Shown piece by piece: positions 50,440-64,000 of a stretch of DNA of 64,000 nucleotides. Within the stretch, counting starts at the first letter, position 1; each line of letters begins with the position of its first letter. This DNA comes from Iphione sp. A-MEVVRFRX5 (lineage: Eukaryota), in the NCBI GenBank assembly GCA_976226885.1, contig OZ320319.1:65348001-65412000 (forward strand). The letters are read 5' to 3'. Below the pieces are notes generated by a model that was not told the origin of the DNA, did no database searches, and was given only the letters and a program-made list of their open reading frames with translations. Made by a program: the position numbers and the translations under genes.

Positions 50440-50800
50440 CGTTCCTTTACTTGCTTGAAGCGCCGTGGCTCTGGCCAACACCAACGTCGCCGCCGCCACC
50501 ACCGCCACCGTTGCCGCTTCCACCGCCCGCCGCCTCCGCCAGCGCCGCAACAGTTGTCGCCCCGGTTGGCAGGCGTTTGATCATCGGGCCACCGTGAGGC
50601 GGATGACCGGTCTTTTCCTGCCGTCCTATGATCTGGCGCTTCCACTGCCTTACACAAGGCAATCTTGTCGGCGGAAGACTGAAGCCGTGTCCCTCTACCT
50701 AGCAAACCCCACCCCCTACCACCACCAACACCAACACCACCACCGCCATCACCATCACCATCACAGCAGCCGGTCCGTCGCGAGCAGGCTTCCCTTGTAG
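50440..50800. repeat. GC-rich low-complexity island with (CCG/CCA)n and (CACCAT)n tracts
   Basis: ccgccgccaccaccgccacc at about 50490-50545 and accaccaacaccaacaccaccaccgccatcaccatcaccatcac at about 50718-50765. Confidence 0.8.
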
Positions 50801-53569
50801 GGGAGGCGGCTTTGTAGAGCACGAGCCGCGGGGAGGAGCCATCCCGAGGACGGACACCCATCGTCGGCCTGGAGCATCGCAAGCCAAAAGGAGCACGCTG
50901 AAAGACGTCTCCCGGCCGTGATCACCGTGGGCCGTGGTGCAAGACAATACCCAACGAGCGGCAGCCCCTAGACAGACGACTAGGCTCTAGGAGTGGCTCA
51001 CCAGAGAGACTAACAGGGCGTGAGGTTGACGCGTGCAGTCGTTGATAAATAGTAAGAGATCAAAAGAAGTGTGGAAGAAAGAAAGTGTTGGGGGTTGGGA
51101 GGTCTATAATGTAGGGTAGCGACCGAGCGCTGACGCAAAACACAAAGATAAGACTTTTTCACGAAAGGTGCGTATGGTAGGGGAACCGACGGAGACAGGT
51201 TGATGAAAGAGCAAGCGAAGTGAAGAGAGGCACGAGGAAGGAGGGCACCAGCAGTAAAATCTGCAGTCAGTAACAGATGGTAAGCTCTCTGCTCTCTCGC
51301 CTTTACAATTAACTGTTCACGTCGATCACATTATGACATTAAAAACATATTCACCTCCATTACCGTGAACATCTTCAACATATCCCATTCCTTGAACTGT
51401 TTCTCCTATTTCTCGATGTGTATAACATTTCATCTCATGTTTTTTTTGCAAGCAATGATTGATGGGTGCAGTTAGGAAATTATGTCCTTTAAGCTATGTA
51501 AGAACTACGGCACAAATGGGAAAGCCAGGGTCGGAGAGCGGATGTCTGGAGCGTAGGGGAACGGTTATAGAGACATCGGATCGTCTCCCAAACAGACTTG
51601 ATTGATGGCCAATCTCATAACGCTGTATGCCATTTGGCAACCCTTACAATCTCTTGCAAATGAATGATTAAATGGAAATGTGAAATTTGATCTGACTGTA
51701 ATGTACTGAGGCAAGATTGGGGATCCGGGTCAACGGGACTCACCTGGATGTGCACTAATAAGGAAATAACGGTGTTCCTGCAGGTAATCGCCTACCCCGA
51801 GAGAAAGTGTTCTCTCTATATACACGTCAATGAAATACTACATTAAATTTCCTAAACTTGATTAACTTTAGCATCCTGTCATAAAAGTATGATGAATAGC
51901 GAGGACGGCATGTAGTGTTTGGTCTGCAACTACACCCCCCCCCCCTGAGAGATAGCGATGGCAACAAAAGGTTAGCAGAGAGTTTTATGTCGCAATAGAA
52001 GGACATTCACTGTCAATGTCACAGAGTTAGAGGTAAAGACACCAGAAATACTGTCACTTCTGTCCTAAGAACGAGAGTCAATGTTATTATTCGGCGTAAC
52101 TTGATATGTTCTATGAAAAAACAAAGATACCACGGAATGCAATATAGAACATTTTCTTGTTTTATGCATTCAGCAATTTCACACCTAAACCAGGAAAATT
52201 TCTAACATCAATCTCTGAGATGAGGAGGATATCAAAACAATATATAACTTTTGGATGAGAACTTAATCATTCAGAACTGATATGGGCGCCCACATCTTGA
52301 AGGGCATTGTCCTCGTGAACGCATCTCCAGTAGCATAAAGGAAAAGCTATTTGTGTCTGCAGCGACGACGGTAGAGTCCTTGTATTGAACCTGGTCTCCG
52401 CTAGAACAGCGCCTGCTCTTCCTTGTCTGGTTATCAGGTCTCCTCTGTGACAGGCTAAGGGTCCCCATCAGTAGATGTTTCCTCAGCGGTTCTTGTGTAA
52501 GACCACTTCCGGTTTTTTCTTCTTGGATCGTGTCAAGCTTTGTTCCAACTAGGATCGGCAGCCTCAGTCTGGCTCAGAGCTAGACCGGTGCGATACCAGA
52601 AACACGGTCCAATATTTATCTTTCATCCAGCAGCTTCAGAACCTCTTACAGCAGTTGGGACAAGACAAAACGTTTTTTTTTCAGAGAAGATTGTATGTTG
52701 ATAACAACCTTTTGAACATCAGATACACTGCATGTATGTAAGTTCCTGATAAACGGAGAGATTTTCCTAAGATATACCGGCGACCGCAGAAACCAGACTG
52801 GTACAGGTGTATGTATTTGTCCTTCGCCTTTAAATTATGAACCTACCTTGTTGCCCATGTTCTTTACGGAGAATGGCTTCAACTGATTTATGGCTGTTGC
52901 CGTCGCTTCAACCGGAGTGTTCACCATCTTTCTTCACCATGGTCCCAACGGCATGCCACCTACTCGGCATACATGGACAGTATCTGCCCATGAGGATAAG
53001 CTGCGGGGTAGTCTTTCCTTTCCTCTGTATACATTTTCCTTCTGGGGCCGAATCCCTTAAGGTTCCCCGACAAGTCGGCTGCCCGTGATGCTATCAAATG
53101 TCTAATGTATACTGTAAAGGGTTACAGGTGTGCTAGTATCACAGCTATGGGTGTGTAGTTTCTCTCTACTGGTAAACTGCCACTTAAGAGGTTATATATT
53201 ATGCATATATATACATGTAGATGTACACAACAGAAACAGGTACAATGACCAGCTCAGGTAGGAGGTCAAACTTTCGATAAAAACCAAGATCTCCACTCAG
53301 CTATACACGGTCAAAACTCGATATCCGAGTGGTCCTTGTATTCTCATTGAGAAGTTGCATATTTCGGATATTGAATATTATTTTCCTGCGTCCACAAATT
53401 ACGTATAAGTGTGTGGAAATCAAGTCCTGAGTCAATTATATTACAGTCGAATGCTGGTTTCCGATCACCCCTCTGTTCCAAGCTCAAACGATCGCATTAA
53501 TGGTTTTTGTCGCAATGTGGTCAAAGCTCAACTATAATGAGAATGGAGTTACATTTGAAAATTTCTATT

Positions 53570-53770
53570 TCTTGGCCAAATTTGCATGAATTTTGCCTGC
53601 CAAAATTATATGAGTTTCACCATATTTTGGCCGAATCTTACATGATTATCACTGTTCCTAGCAAATCTGCATGAACTATACAAATTTTTGGCTGAATCTA
53701 CATTAATTACATAAACCTGCCAATTCACAGTACAAACCTGCTAATTCATGGTATAAACTTGCCATGCTAA
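53570..53770. repeat. Degenerate minisatellite (GGCCAAATTTGCATGAATTTT-like units)
   Basis: Repeated ttggccaaatttgcatgaattt / ttggccgaatcttacatg / gcaaatctgcatgaac / ttggctgaatctacat. Confidence 0.65.
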
Positions 53771-56700
53771 CACTCATCAAGCCTTGAGCTTGGACATTTG
53801 AAGAGTCGCAGTGACACCTCTGGTACACATTGTGATACTCAAATCCTATAGAAACGACCGTAAGACGTGTGCCACTCTCACACCTCTACATGTAAAGTGA
53901 TACTCAAATACTATGGAACAACCCAAAGACATGTGGTTACAGGCTGGTTCTGGCCGGGAAGCAGTTTGGTCGCATAGTGGTATTTTGATATATATGTTAA
54001 CAGAGGCAATTATTTCCATTCCGAGCTTTTTCGGCTGTATTGACAGTTTGGGTTGCTTAATGGTCTGGTCTTTAACTTGCATGCGACTATATATTACAAA
54101 CCATCATAGGAGACCCACTGAAGAGACCAGAATTGGCTATTCCCAACCTTGGCTTCAATTTAGGGTTCATGTCCGTCTTTGATGTTCAGCCTCTGTAAGC
54201 TACACGGCACTTCTCAGCAGTCAACTCAAAGTTTGGATGTATGACAGACCTCCAGACAGATTCCTGACTGATGACCTGGATCACATAAATTGTATTCAAT
54301 ACCGTGTCCGTGTTACGATAACATCCATAAGGTACAGGTATCACCATCCTAAATCTTTTCTGATATACAACACAGCCTCCTGCGTATCTTCATGGCCGAG
54401 TATAGCGATCAGTCATCATTCGGGAAACGCCATGTCTCGTAGTTTTACCCGCAAAAGTTAGTGAAACATGTTTATATACTCATTTTTATCGCTCAGGAAT
54501 AAGATTAACTATTAAACAGTGTCAGATTATCAAATAATAATGGGGGTGCAATTTCCAAGTTATCTACAGATTGTATTTCAATATGCATCTTTGTTTCATA
54601 GCTTGTAAGGATCTAAAATCGTCGTAAACAGACCACGAGTTTTGAGTATCAGACGCCCTGAGGTATACACGTGGTATATAATGGACAGAGGGGGCCTTCA
54701 TGGCAGGACAATCCTTCTGGCCTGTAGCTTCTGCACCTGCCACTGAACGTCCCTGGATTGGCAGAAGTTGCCATTCGCTGACAAGAAAGGCCCATTAAGA
54801 GAATGACTGGCAGGTACCTGAAGCCAAGTCCTCCTTCCTTCTAGAGTGAACAGAGAGCTTATCTGTATGGTAACATCGCCCTGGGAGGGAATGTTGACTT
54901 AGCTTATAGCCTTCTTGTATGCGTATATGTAGTTCTTTTTGCTTGTGGTTCAGCTTGTTTCTATTGTGATCAGGACCCCAGTGACACGTATGTTGCCTTG
55001 TAGCTAAGGAGGGTCGGAAGAGCAACATCCTCTGCCCATATGTGTTGGTTCCTCTTCCTAAGTTAAGACTGATCTGACATTGATCTAACTCTATAAATGA
55101 ATACATGTCCTCCTGATGATGAGCGTAAAGGAATGCCTCAAGCGACTGCCTGACTGATGAGGAAGATGCTTGTCTTTCCATTTGCGATTTTCATGTGAAA
55201 TTCCTGGAAGATTTATCTCCACAATATAACTTGCGTATATCCTCGATACGTACTGCCACACTGGCTACTTGTCACGGGCAACTGACGTTATGAAACATGT
55301 GCATAAGGATACACCACATTGGCAATGTCTGATGTGAAGTATCCTCCAATACTGAGTCAGAAAACGTAACTTCTGGGTGAGTGCGACCAACCCTCTTCAG
55401 CCATTTTTTCATGTTACCCTTGTTACCCTTGTTACTCAGTCCTTACTTTCTCCCATCAACATTCTTCACGTCCGCCCTTCGAAATGCATAAGCCGGACTG
55501 ATGCCATGCCTCTTGGCTAGCGTTCACCGGCTGAAGTCGAAAGTAGTCTCGTCTTTCCCTTCAAGGCTTAAAACTGCTGGTCGACGGAGACTGTTTATCT
55601 TGCATGGGTACCCCATTTGTCCAAAGCCGTCTGCCACCCACGCTTACCTGCCCCGGCATACGAAAGAGTCTCTCCCTCTCTCCCTTTCTCCCTCTCTCTC
55701 CGCTCTGTTTTAATTTGATGTCATGTATTTCTGTCTTTTGGAGGGAAAGACATATAGGCTTTGAGGAAATAAAGTGGCCTGTGCTCCTCATTCCGTCTTA
55801 CTGTTTGCCCTGGTGTATTGCCTAGGTACCATGGATGGTTCGAGGGGGTCGAGGGAGGTGGAGGGGGGGGGGGGTTGAGGAAGTGGCAGTCTACCTTCAT
55901 CACCTTTGTCTGTTTCCCAGCGCGCCCGAAGTACACGTCACGTGGAGATGAACCTCAGTAGCGGAGGACCGAAGCGTACGGTCATTTTCACCCAAGAGAC
56001 GTTAGTCCAAAGCATATCTTCCTTTCTGTAAGGACGTCTTTTTCCGAATTCCAAGCAGACCGAAGACTGGGCGGGGCTACTGCCTACCAGTGCCCTCCAG
56101 CACATACAAACCCAGCCCATGAAAAATTCCTGAAATTCCCCGCAGACAAGAAGACTACCCCTTGCAAAGTGCTGTGCCACACATCCTCCTGCCTCCATCT
56201 GCCAGCACTAATTGTGCCTGTCACTTATCAAGTGATTCATTTTAGATTACAAATTTACGTTGGGCATAAGCAATGGTTTTGAACGAAATAAAAGGAGGAT
56301 CCTAAAGACAAAGAGATGCAAGATCCAATGATTTATACATGGGTCTAAGCTGATGAATGTAAAATATCTACATCATTAAGACTTTCGAATTTAGAGAAGA
56401 GCCATCAAGTATATAGGAATTATCTTGAAAACACCTACGTTTGTCACACGTCGGCTGTTTAACACAGTACATGTACATCTATGTTCACTTTGGTTCAAAT
56501 GTTAAGTCCCACACGTTGCACGCCATCCTGATGGGTGTACAGTGCGAACTTTATGTTATCGCAAAGATCACTAGACATCAGATTCACAGAGAGATGTAAA
56601 TCCGAATTTACTATGACGTCACTTTCAAAGTGAAAGGAAACCCATTCAATGGATGCGAGGGTAAACATCCACGCTAGTGCCAGAATATCGCTAAGTATAT

Positions 56701-59700
56701 ATACATGTAAATATATATCTTTTATTGTTTGAAATGATACAAACATACATAGATATAAACCTACAATATTTCAAACCGATATGAAAAGAATTGAAAGTAT
56801 GTATTCAACTATCGATCTGATAAGAGCGGTTTTCACGGTTAGGATATCTAAATATTCCCTATTCTTGAACAAATGAAAAGCCGGGAAGGTGGAAATGAAT
56901 GATCTAGTCAAGTTAATACATGATGTACATAGTAGCTCTGTCAACAGTATTTCTAACAAATATCTCTAAGGTCCTTTGTATAGGATGGGCTTTAATACTG
57001 ACCTAACTGTTAGGACTGAGATCTTACATAATGGCCGATGTACAATTCCTGTTAATAAGCAATAATGTTGTTTTATTAGTACTGAAAATTAGGTGGCTGT
57101 AAGGCATATCGCTCTGGAACTGTGACAGACTGGATATCAAGTCCTGTGGAGGTAAAAGTAGTGCGGCCTATAAACTCCTATGATGATTAGTACTTGTTGC
57201 ATTTATGGGAACCGTGTCAATGCCATGCGGATATGTAATTTATTCCTACCCGTGACATTCCAGGTCAAAGGAAAGCTCATCGATATTAAATCACCGCTTC
57301 TATCAGTGAGGTGAGAAGTAGCCACCCACGCAAGCGTTCCCTTCATTCGGGGAAATAGCTATGAGGGAGTACCCGCTTCTCGGCTGGTGATCTATCAAAC
57401 TAACCACCATACTTGGAGTAGCCTTATTGTAGAAACCACAAATGCCACTGACAGAAAAGAACCGAACATTGGGGGAAAAGGAAGTGCGGCCTTCCTGCCT
57501 GTTTCAGCAATGTTTCCTTCCGTTATGGCGACGCTCTCACCATTCATTTTGAGGAGCATATTCGTCAGCTGATCTATCTTTTTCGTTATGTTTACTTCCA
57601 GTTAAGGTCAAAACACGCACAGGCATGCCGCTCATAAACGAAGCCTATTTAAAGTCGGCTGGTTCAATAGTCATATATAAAAGAGCGAAAGACAAGAGGT
57701 TTATGCTTGCCCCTGTGAGGCTAATGGTCTCCTCTGAAGCTCCCAGACTTCACGGAGACCCAAATGAGAGCCTTCCGACATGCTTGACGTCACATCCGTC
57801 GGTGTGCTGGTAGGCGGTGGCACTGTCGCTGTCTGTGAACAAGAGGCATTAAGAATGACCTTTAATGAGACGTAACACATTAGACGGCCAAGCTAATGCC
57901 CCCGACTCTAAGGCATCACTGCCAAGGATCTTCCTGCATAGCGGCAAGATTAACTCCTTCCTTGTATCGTAAATCTGACCCGAAATTTCAGGTGATCTCT
58001 TTGCCATTTCCTTCTGCTCTAACTTGTTCCATGGAATCCCTCAGTGTGGATTATTTAGAATGACACGCTGCATCTTTTCCGCCTATACGTATTTTCATCG
58101 AAACCCTTTCCTCAACCATTCAACAGATATATGTGAGTATTAACATGAATTATAAGACTTATCCAACATCTTCTTATCTATCTTTAAAAGACTCTTAAAT
58201 CCGTTTCCCTATGTTATTTACGGAATAAGGAACTTCAAACAAGACTGTTTTCAACGCTCCGCTGAATGTGAATTATCATTCTATTCTATGAGGATCTGCA
58301 GAAGCGCCAGAGATGCTGCTAAGGGTAAATATATCATTTATGGATAGGTTTTTATACTAAATATTCCCACCATACATCCAAATATGCACGTCCATAGGGA
58401 ACAAGACCTCAAATAAACTGACAGAACTTCGTAAATGTTCTCACAAACTAAACTGGTAAAGATTGGAAAGTTTTTCAAAAGTTATGGGTACAAAGTCAAT
58501 ACAGTAAAACAAACTTTATTTTTTGCGAAGGTTAATCGATATTACTGAAGACGATTTAGCATCTCTTTATTCCCGACTGTGTAACATAAAATCATCAGCC
58601 ATTAGGCCCACAATAGGAGGCTTGGAAAAAAGAAGCTATAAAGAGCTCTTTAAAAACAAAATACTGGAATGAACTAAGAAAGTAAAGGAATTGGGAACCC
58701 GTAGGGTTAACACAGGATGGTCTTGAGAGCAAGGCAAAGAAGGGCATGGCATGTGCACTATGAGAGTTGACCTTCACTGATAGCCTCACCACCTTGGTTC
58801 CCAGACCAACAGGATAGTTGGTCCCAATAGGATCTACCGGTGACGATGATGGCGTCTTTCTGGTTTAGAGGGTTAATAGTTGCCATGAACTACACTCGGT
58901 TTCATTTGAGCTTCCTTGTTCTCTCTCTCTGCTTTTGCCGCCGTCCCTATTTTATCTATATGAATTATACCCATTGTATACAAGTCGCATTTTCGTTAGA
59001 AATAATCTCCTTGAATTGCCACTATTCACTGTTATCTGTTGCATTTCTCGAAATAGTTGAACCACACTCGGAATCGATCGAAGAAAAATTAGGGACATTT
59101 TGAGTACAAGTGGCGGTAGGAAAGTAGGTGTTGTATTTGAAGGTTGCATGCCATACAGGTTATATCCACAAGGAAAAGAAATATATAGAGTCATTCCTAA
59201 GGTTGCCCCCTATATCCACAACAATAACACTTTGTTCCATGTAGATTACACATGTTTCATCAATTCTTACCAAATGTCATCAAACACGTTTCTACTTAGG
59301 CTGCCTTAAAAATTAACTCTAGAATACGAATAAGAGATTCTGTGCATCCAGCACCCGTCATTGAGGTTTGTTTTCAAAGAAGTTTTGAATGTTCATCACT
59401 TCAAAGGCCTATTATTATAAAAAATAACGAAGTATCTTATTCAGTGGGTCTCTTTTCTGTAACTGTTGGGGCCCTAGTATTCACTTATTAAAAGCTTTTG
59501 GACATATATCAAACCACACAGTTTCTTAATAGGGAATTTTTGTGTTGCCATCCAAACCAGACAGTTGATAAAAATTAGAAGGGTTATACATGTATTTAAA
59601 TTGAATGCATAATATTCTCAAAATAATGTTATTTTATCTATTATCTAAATAATAACATTTAAATAATTACCTGGTGGTAATACAACAAATGTGAGAGCTG

Positions 59701-62089
59701 TATGTAGGAGGAAAGTCGTGGTCATGGTCTTTATAAATAAGCTGTTCTCTGTCCCAGGAATCATTCAGTTGATGGTGTTGACATCCAAACTACTGTTTCC
59801 ATCCAAGCCACACATGCCCAGCCCCCTCTTCATGTTGAGGATCAAACTAAATCAATAAGCTGACAGTCTCATGCAATGTGGTTTGGATGTTAACATACGT
59901 TAAGTACGGTTAACTTCAACAGCTTTTTGCTCATTTTTCCTGAGATGTATATCTTATATTACCAAAAGCCTACACATGGTGGTTGTATATGTTTCAGCGA
60001 AATAACATGCTAGAGTATAAGATGATTGGTGTTTCAGTAACTAAGATAGGTTGAATAATCTTTACCGGTAGATGGCTCGACTTTCCCTGTCATGGCACAA
60101 AGACGGCAGAATGCGGGCCTGCAGGGCAGGGGAGAGGGTCCTACGTGAAAAAAAGAACAACTATATGATCAATGAGTCTGCTGCAAGATAAGACCGAATT
60201 CCTTCCTTTGCTGAATAATACATACATCGGGGAATTATAAGACGGGCGTCGGTCCGGGTGGCCACCTCAATACGCCTGAATCCGGGAGGTAATGTTGGAG
60301 GTAGGTTGTCAGGAGGCCCCGCGCTGCCTGAATGGAAATATTACTTTGGATGTATTCGAACGTCACCTTAGAAATGACCAACGACCAAAAGATCATATGT
60401 CTGATGGTGGCCGTATTCGCCACGCGCACACTTTGGAATAGCATACACCGACGGCCTTTCCAAGACAGGATTCAGATATATTTTCATGCCACGGGCCCCT
60501 CTCAATAGTACCAAAGGTTGCAAACCCGAACCGTTATGCAGGGAACACTAAAGCCCTCGGGAGGACATCATTTGCCAAGATTCATTTGGTTCGAGCGAAA
60601 TTGTGTTCGCTTTACCAGATAAATGAGAAGCGCTCATCCAAGGCTACTGAAGAGCCTTTCAAGGAATAAAATATTCTCAAATACTGTAGTCGGACCAACG
60701 AGACCCTTCAAGTATGGAAGGTTTTTGTCAAACATTGAAGAGAACACATTATAGAGCGCGCCAAACACCATCTGTTTTTAGGCATTTGACATATAACGAC
60801 CAGTGGCTTGCTTTGTGGTTGTCCCGGGAGTACAAACCACTTTCCGGTTAGCCATATTTATGGGCATAGGTGCATGTATTATGTAAACACATCCTTGTAT
60901 ATACCTATATGCTTATGGGTTGCAATACGTTATGACACAGCCTCATACTAAAATTGTTCATTCAAATTAATAAAAGGCATACCTGAGAGACATTCTCAGT
61001 GACCAAGAACATTTCAAAAAGAAGAATAATTTAATGCGCTTTAATTCTAGATGCTGCAACTGACATTTGGAGCCTGATATTTCCGGTTGTAGGCATGAGT
61101 AACGATGGCAGCGTCCTTATACACGTTATAGCAAGTAGGGAAACATATTCACAATCGTGGTAGAAACGTTGTCGTTGTTATGTTCCACATGTCACACAGC
61201 AAGGAAATATCTAATTACTAAACACATTCACATTAGATCAATAAAGAGTAATATAACATCTACATCATAGGAGAGGCAACTGAATGTCAAAACATGCAAC
61301 CACCATAATAATACACCAAAGTATTGCCAAATTCCCCTGCTTCTTTCCAGGGAAGGTCCCCGAGGACAGGTACACTCCTAAACATAGGACGATTTGGTAT
61401 GGAAAGAACAAAGTATTTTTCAGAAGATCTATTCTACTTAAGCCAGCCTTGAATCATCTGCATTTGACACTGGTCTAAATGGACCTTAAAAGGCCTTTGC
61501 TACAGTAGATCAAGACACTCCTTAAATTGCCTCAAAGATTGAAATAAAAAAATACCTTGAAAGGCTTGTGCGGCTACCTGTTACTTTAATCCATGAAAAT
61601 AACCTCTCAAGTGTACCTCTATCTTCCAACATGTAGGTGACACAGTGGTAGTTGTTGCCCAGCAGGGTTATCAATCAGGATATCTCACAATTGTTACAAT
61701 CGCAGATCGAGTGAAATTACTCCAAATGAATAATAATGATCTTGATAAGCTTCAAATACCTAGGAATCACTAAACACAAAAAGCAAAACTTCGAAGGTCA
61801 CTTTCAAGTTCTCACTACAAAGGTTTGCTGCAGACAAATGCTAGCATGAAGGTCAAGCCTGCTTAAACAGGAAGAGAAGCTGATAACTTATGAATGCTCA
61901 GATCCCCTACAGGCTATAGTTATATGCTGCTGAATTAGTTTACTTAAAACAACGTCCATAACCTTGAAATACGAGAAGAATGGCTCCAGCACATGCTGCA
62001 TAGGAAGGTCCTACTCTCTCTGCCTCTCTCTGTCCTTCTCTCTGCTCAAACTCACAACTCAGGTTTTTATTCCTCCAACTCACTACAAC

Positions 62090-62940
62090 TTAGGTTTGAG
62101 TGAAGGTAGAAAGGAAGAGAAAAACCTCTTTTGGAGCAATAAGCTCAAAGAAGCAGGTGTTCTATCAGACAATTTCTGGAAGGTGCTCAACAAAGTCATG
62201 GGAAGGAACAGAGACAATAGGATGGTACTAGATGTCTGTGCGCCTGGCACTCATGCCTCAGTGAACCTAGCCACCAGCTTCAATTCTTATTTCATTGACA
62301 CTGTTGACAGGCTGGTTCCAGTAAAGGCTGTAGCTGCTACAATCCTAAGTTATACTTGGCATACTGGCTGTCAGTTACAACCAACAAGCCCATCTGAAAG
62401 CTGTGCACTCATTGCTAAGCAGAGACTAAAGAAGGCCTCAGCAATCAAGGGGGTCCTGAAACGATCCTAAAACAGCTGCTGCTTCTAGTTATGTACACAT
62501 ATAATGAGTGTTTCACAAGATCTATCAGTCAGAGGTCTACCCACATCCATTGAAGGTGCCTAGGATGACTTTGTGAATTACTACCCTGTTTTGATTTTGC
62601 TGCTGCCAGTCAAAATCAACGAGGCCTGGTTCTGCAAGGTAATCATGTCAGAGCCAGAGAGAAGAGACTTTTTGAGTAAGCATCAGCATGTATTTAGGGC
62701 TTCCAGAAGTACAAAGAGAGCTATGGCATCCATTCTACGTGAGATGTTTGATCTGGTCAAAAAGGGGTTCTGTGCATGCTTTGTTATGTTCAACCTGTGC
62801 AAGACCTTTGACCTAGTGCCTCATTCAAGTAATGTCTGATAACTGGTACTGGCATTTCTGGACCCCTTGCTTTCAACCTTGTGTTCGATGGAGTGGTTAA
62901 GGTATTACCTAGTAATACCTCTGCAAGCTTGTATGCAGAC
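62090..62940 (+). mobile_element. Old decayed CR1/L2-group LINE ORF2
   Basis: NFWKVLNKVMG..LATSFNSYF; QHVFRASRST..FNLCKTFDLVPH; GPLAFNLVFDG..LYADN; stops, deletions, CpG loss. Confidence 0.85.
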
Positions 62941-62942
62941 AA

Positions 62943-64000
62943 CGTGTCTCCTAAACAAAGCCGGATCTCTCCTTAATGGGAAGGCTTACACATGCCTTCT
63001 CACTTTCGACTTTCAGAAAGCCTTCGACACCATCCCTCACACAGGGATCCTAAAAACTCTGAAACACCTAGGAGCTGGTCCCGGTATTAGGAGCCTAATT
63101 GCTTCCTATCTGTCGGATAGGGAGCAATTCGTGAGATGTGGAGGAGAGGACTCGGCGTTACTGCCTTTGAGACAGGGTGTTCCGCAAGGGTCCATTTTTG
63201 GACCGACAGCGTTCACCCTGGTAGTGGACTCACTGCCAAAAGGACTCCCCGGCAACAGTTACCCAATCCTGTATGCCGATGACTTGTCGATCCTATGCTG
63301 GGCACAGGATCTTCTACGGCTGCGAGCTTCATGTCAGCGGGCGATCGATGCGGTAGAAACCTGGAGCAGAGCTGAAGGACTCCTGCTGAGTCCATCAAAG
63401 TGTCAGTGCTGCCCATTGGGCACAGCCTCGGGCATTCCCCTGGAGCTCACACTCGGGGGGAGCACACTTGAGACAACAACCAATTTGAAACTGTTGGGCT
63501 ATGACATTGACAGTAGGCTGCGGATGAAACACAGTATAAAAGCTGTCATGCGGAAAACCTGGCCAATTGCGAAACAGCTGGCCAGACTCAAATGTATTCT
63601 GCCCTTCAATGCGAGGTTGTTGCTGGTGAAAACTCTGCTGCTTCCACATTTCCACTACCACGCGGTCCTGTGGTTTGGGGTTGTCAGCTCCGACATCGTT
63701 CGGCTGCAAGTCCACTTAAACAGGTGTTGTCGTGCGGCACTGCAAGGGAAGGATTTCTTGTCTGCATCTACCTTGCATAGGAGACTCGGGATTGTGAGAG
63801 TTTCCCCCCTTGTGGATTTTCGGGGAGTAAGAGCAATCCACAACTTGGCCAGTCAGGGCCTACTAGATTGGGGTATGAAAATGGGCACGAGGAGAGGGGG
63901 GAATTCGAGGGGCAAATTGGAGAGACCGCGCTCCTCGCGGTATGCTAGGTCCCTAGGTTATCGAGGGATCAGCATGTGGAATGCCCTAGATCCAGGCATC
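62943..64000 (+). mobile_element. Young 5'-truncated L2/CR1-group LINE with an open RT frame running off the window end
   Basis: LLNGKAYTCLLTFDFQKAFDTIPH..YLSDREQFV..QGVPQGSIFGPTAF..LYADDL..VETWSRAEGLLLSPSKC..LKLLGYDID..LLPHFHY..SMWNAL. No Met at the start; the frame appears open to the window end, which would explain its absence from the ORF track. Confidence 0.92.

Noticed and set aside
50365-50947. Multiple overlapping ORFs of 60-152 aa
   Set aside because: Open frames on both strands are explained by GC-rich trinucleotide low complexity.
52480-52660. Roco GTPase remnant (PILVGTKLD)
   Set aside because: A single short motif amid stops in all frames; no P-loop or COR context.

Overview
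Eukaryotic (metazoan, probably marine invertebrate; taxon is an inference) genomic DNA, mostly intronic/intergenic and full of transposon debris. No rRNA, tRNA or CRISPR signal was found. Host gene: two minus-strand exons of an alpha/epsilon-sarcoglycan-like gene, the 212-nt transmembrane exon (5520-5731) and a 27-nt micro-exon (945-971). Best-preserved mobile element: a Ngaro/DIRS-type retroelement (40186-43031, minus) with uninterrupted Gag and RT-RNaseH ORFs but no tyrosine recombinase. It sits, with a PIF/Harbinger MITE, inside a decayed LINE whose RT frame rejoins when both inserts are removed, and it is flanked by the same trinucleotide (GTT on its own strand). Other elements: a non-autonomous EnSpm/CACTA-like DNA transposon (11765-14581) carrying a Gypsy RT fragment and splitting an older ORF; a young L2/CR1-group LINE with an open RT frame inserted into an older LINE at the window end; several MITE families; micro/minisatellites; a 403-bp tandem duplication; and a candidate 82-aa single-pass membrane protein. 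All family assignments come from motif recognition by eye, without database searches.
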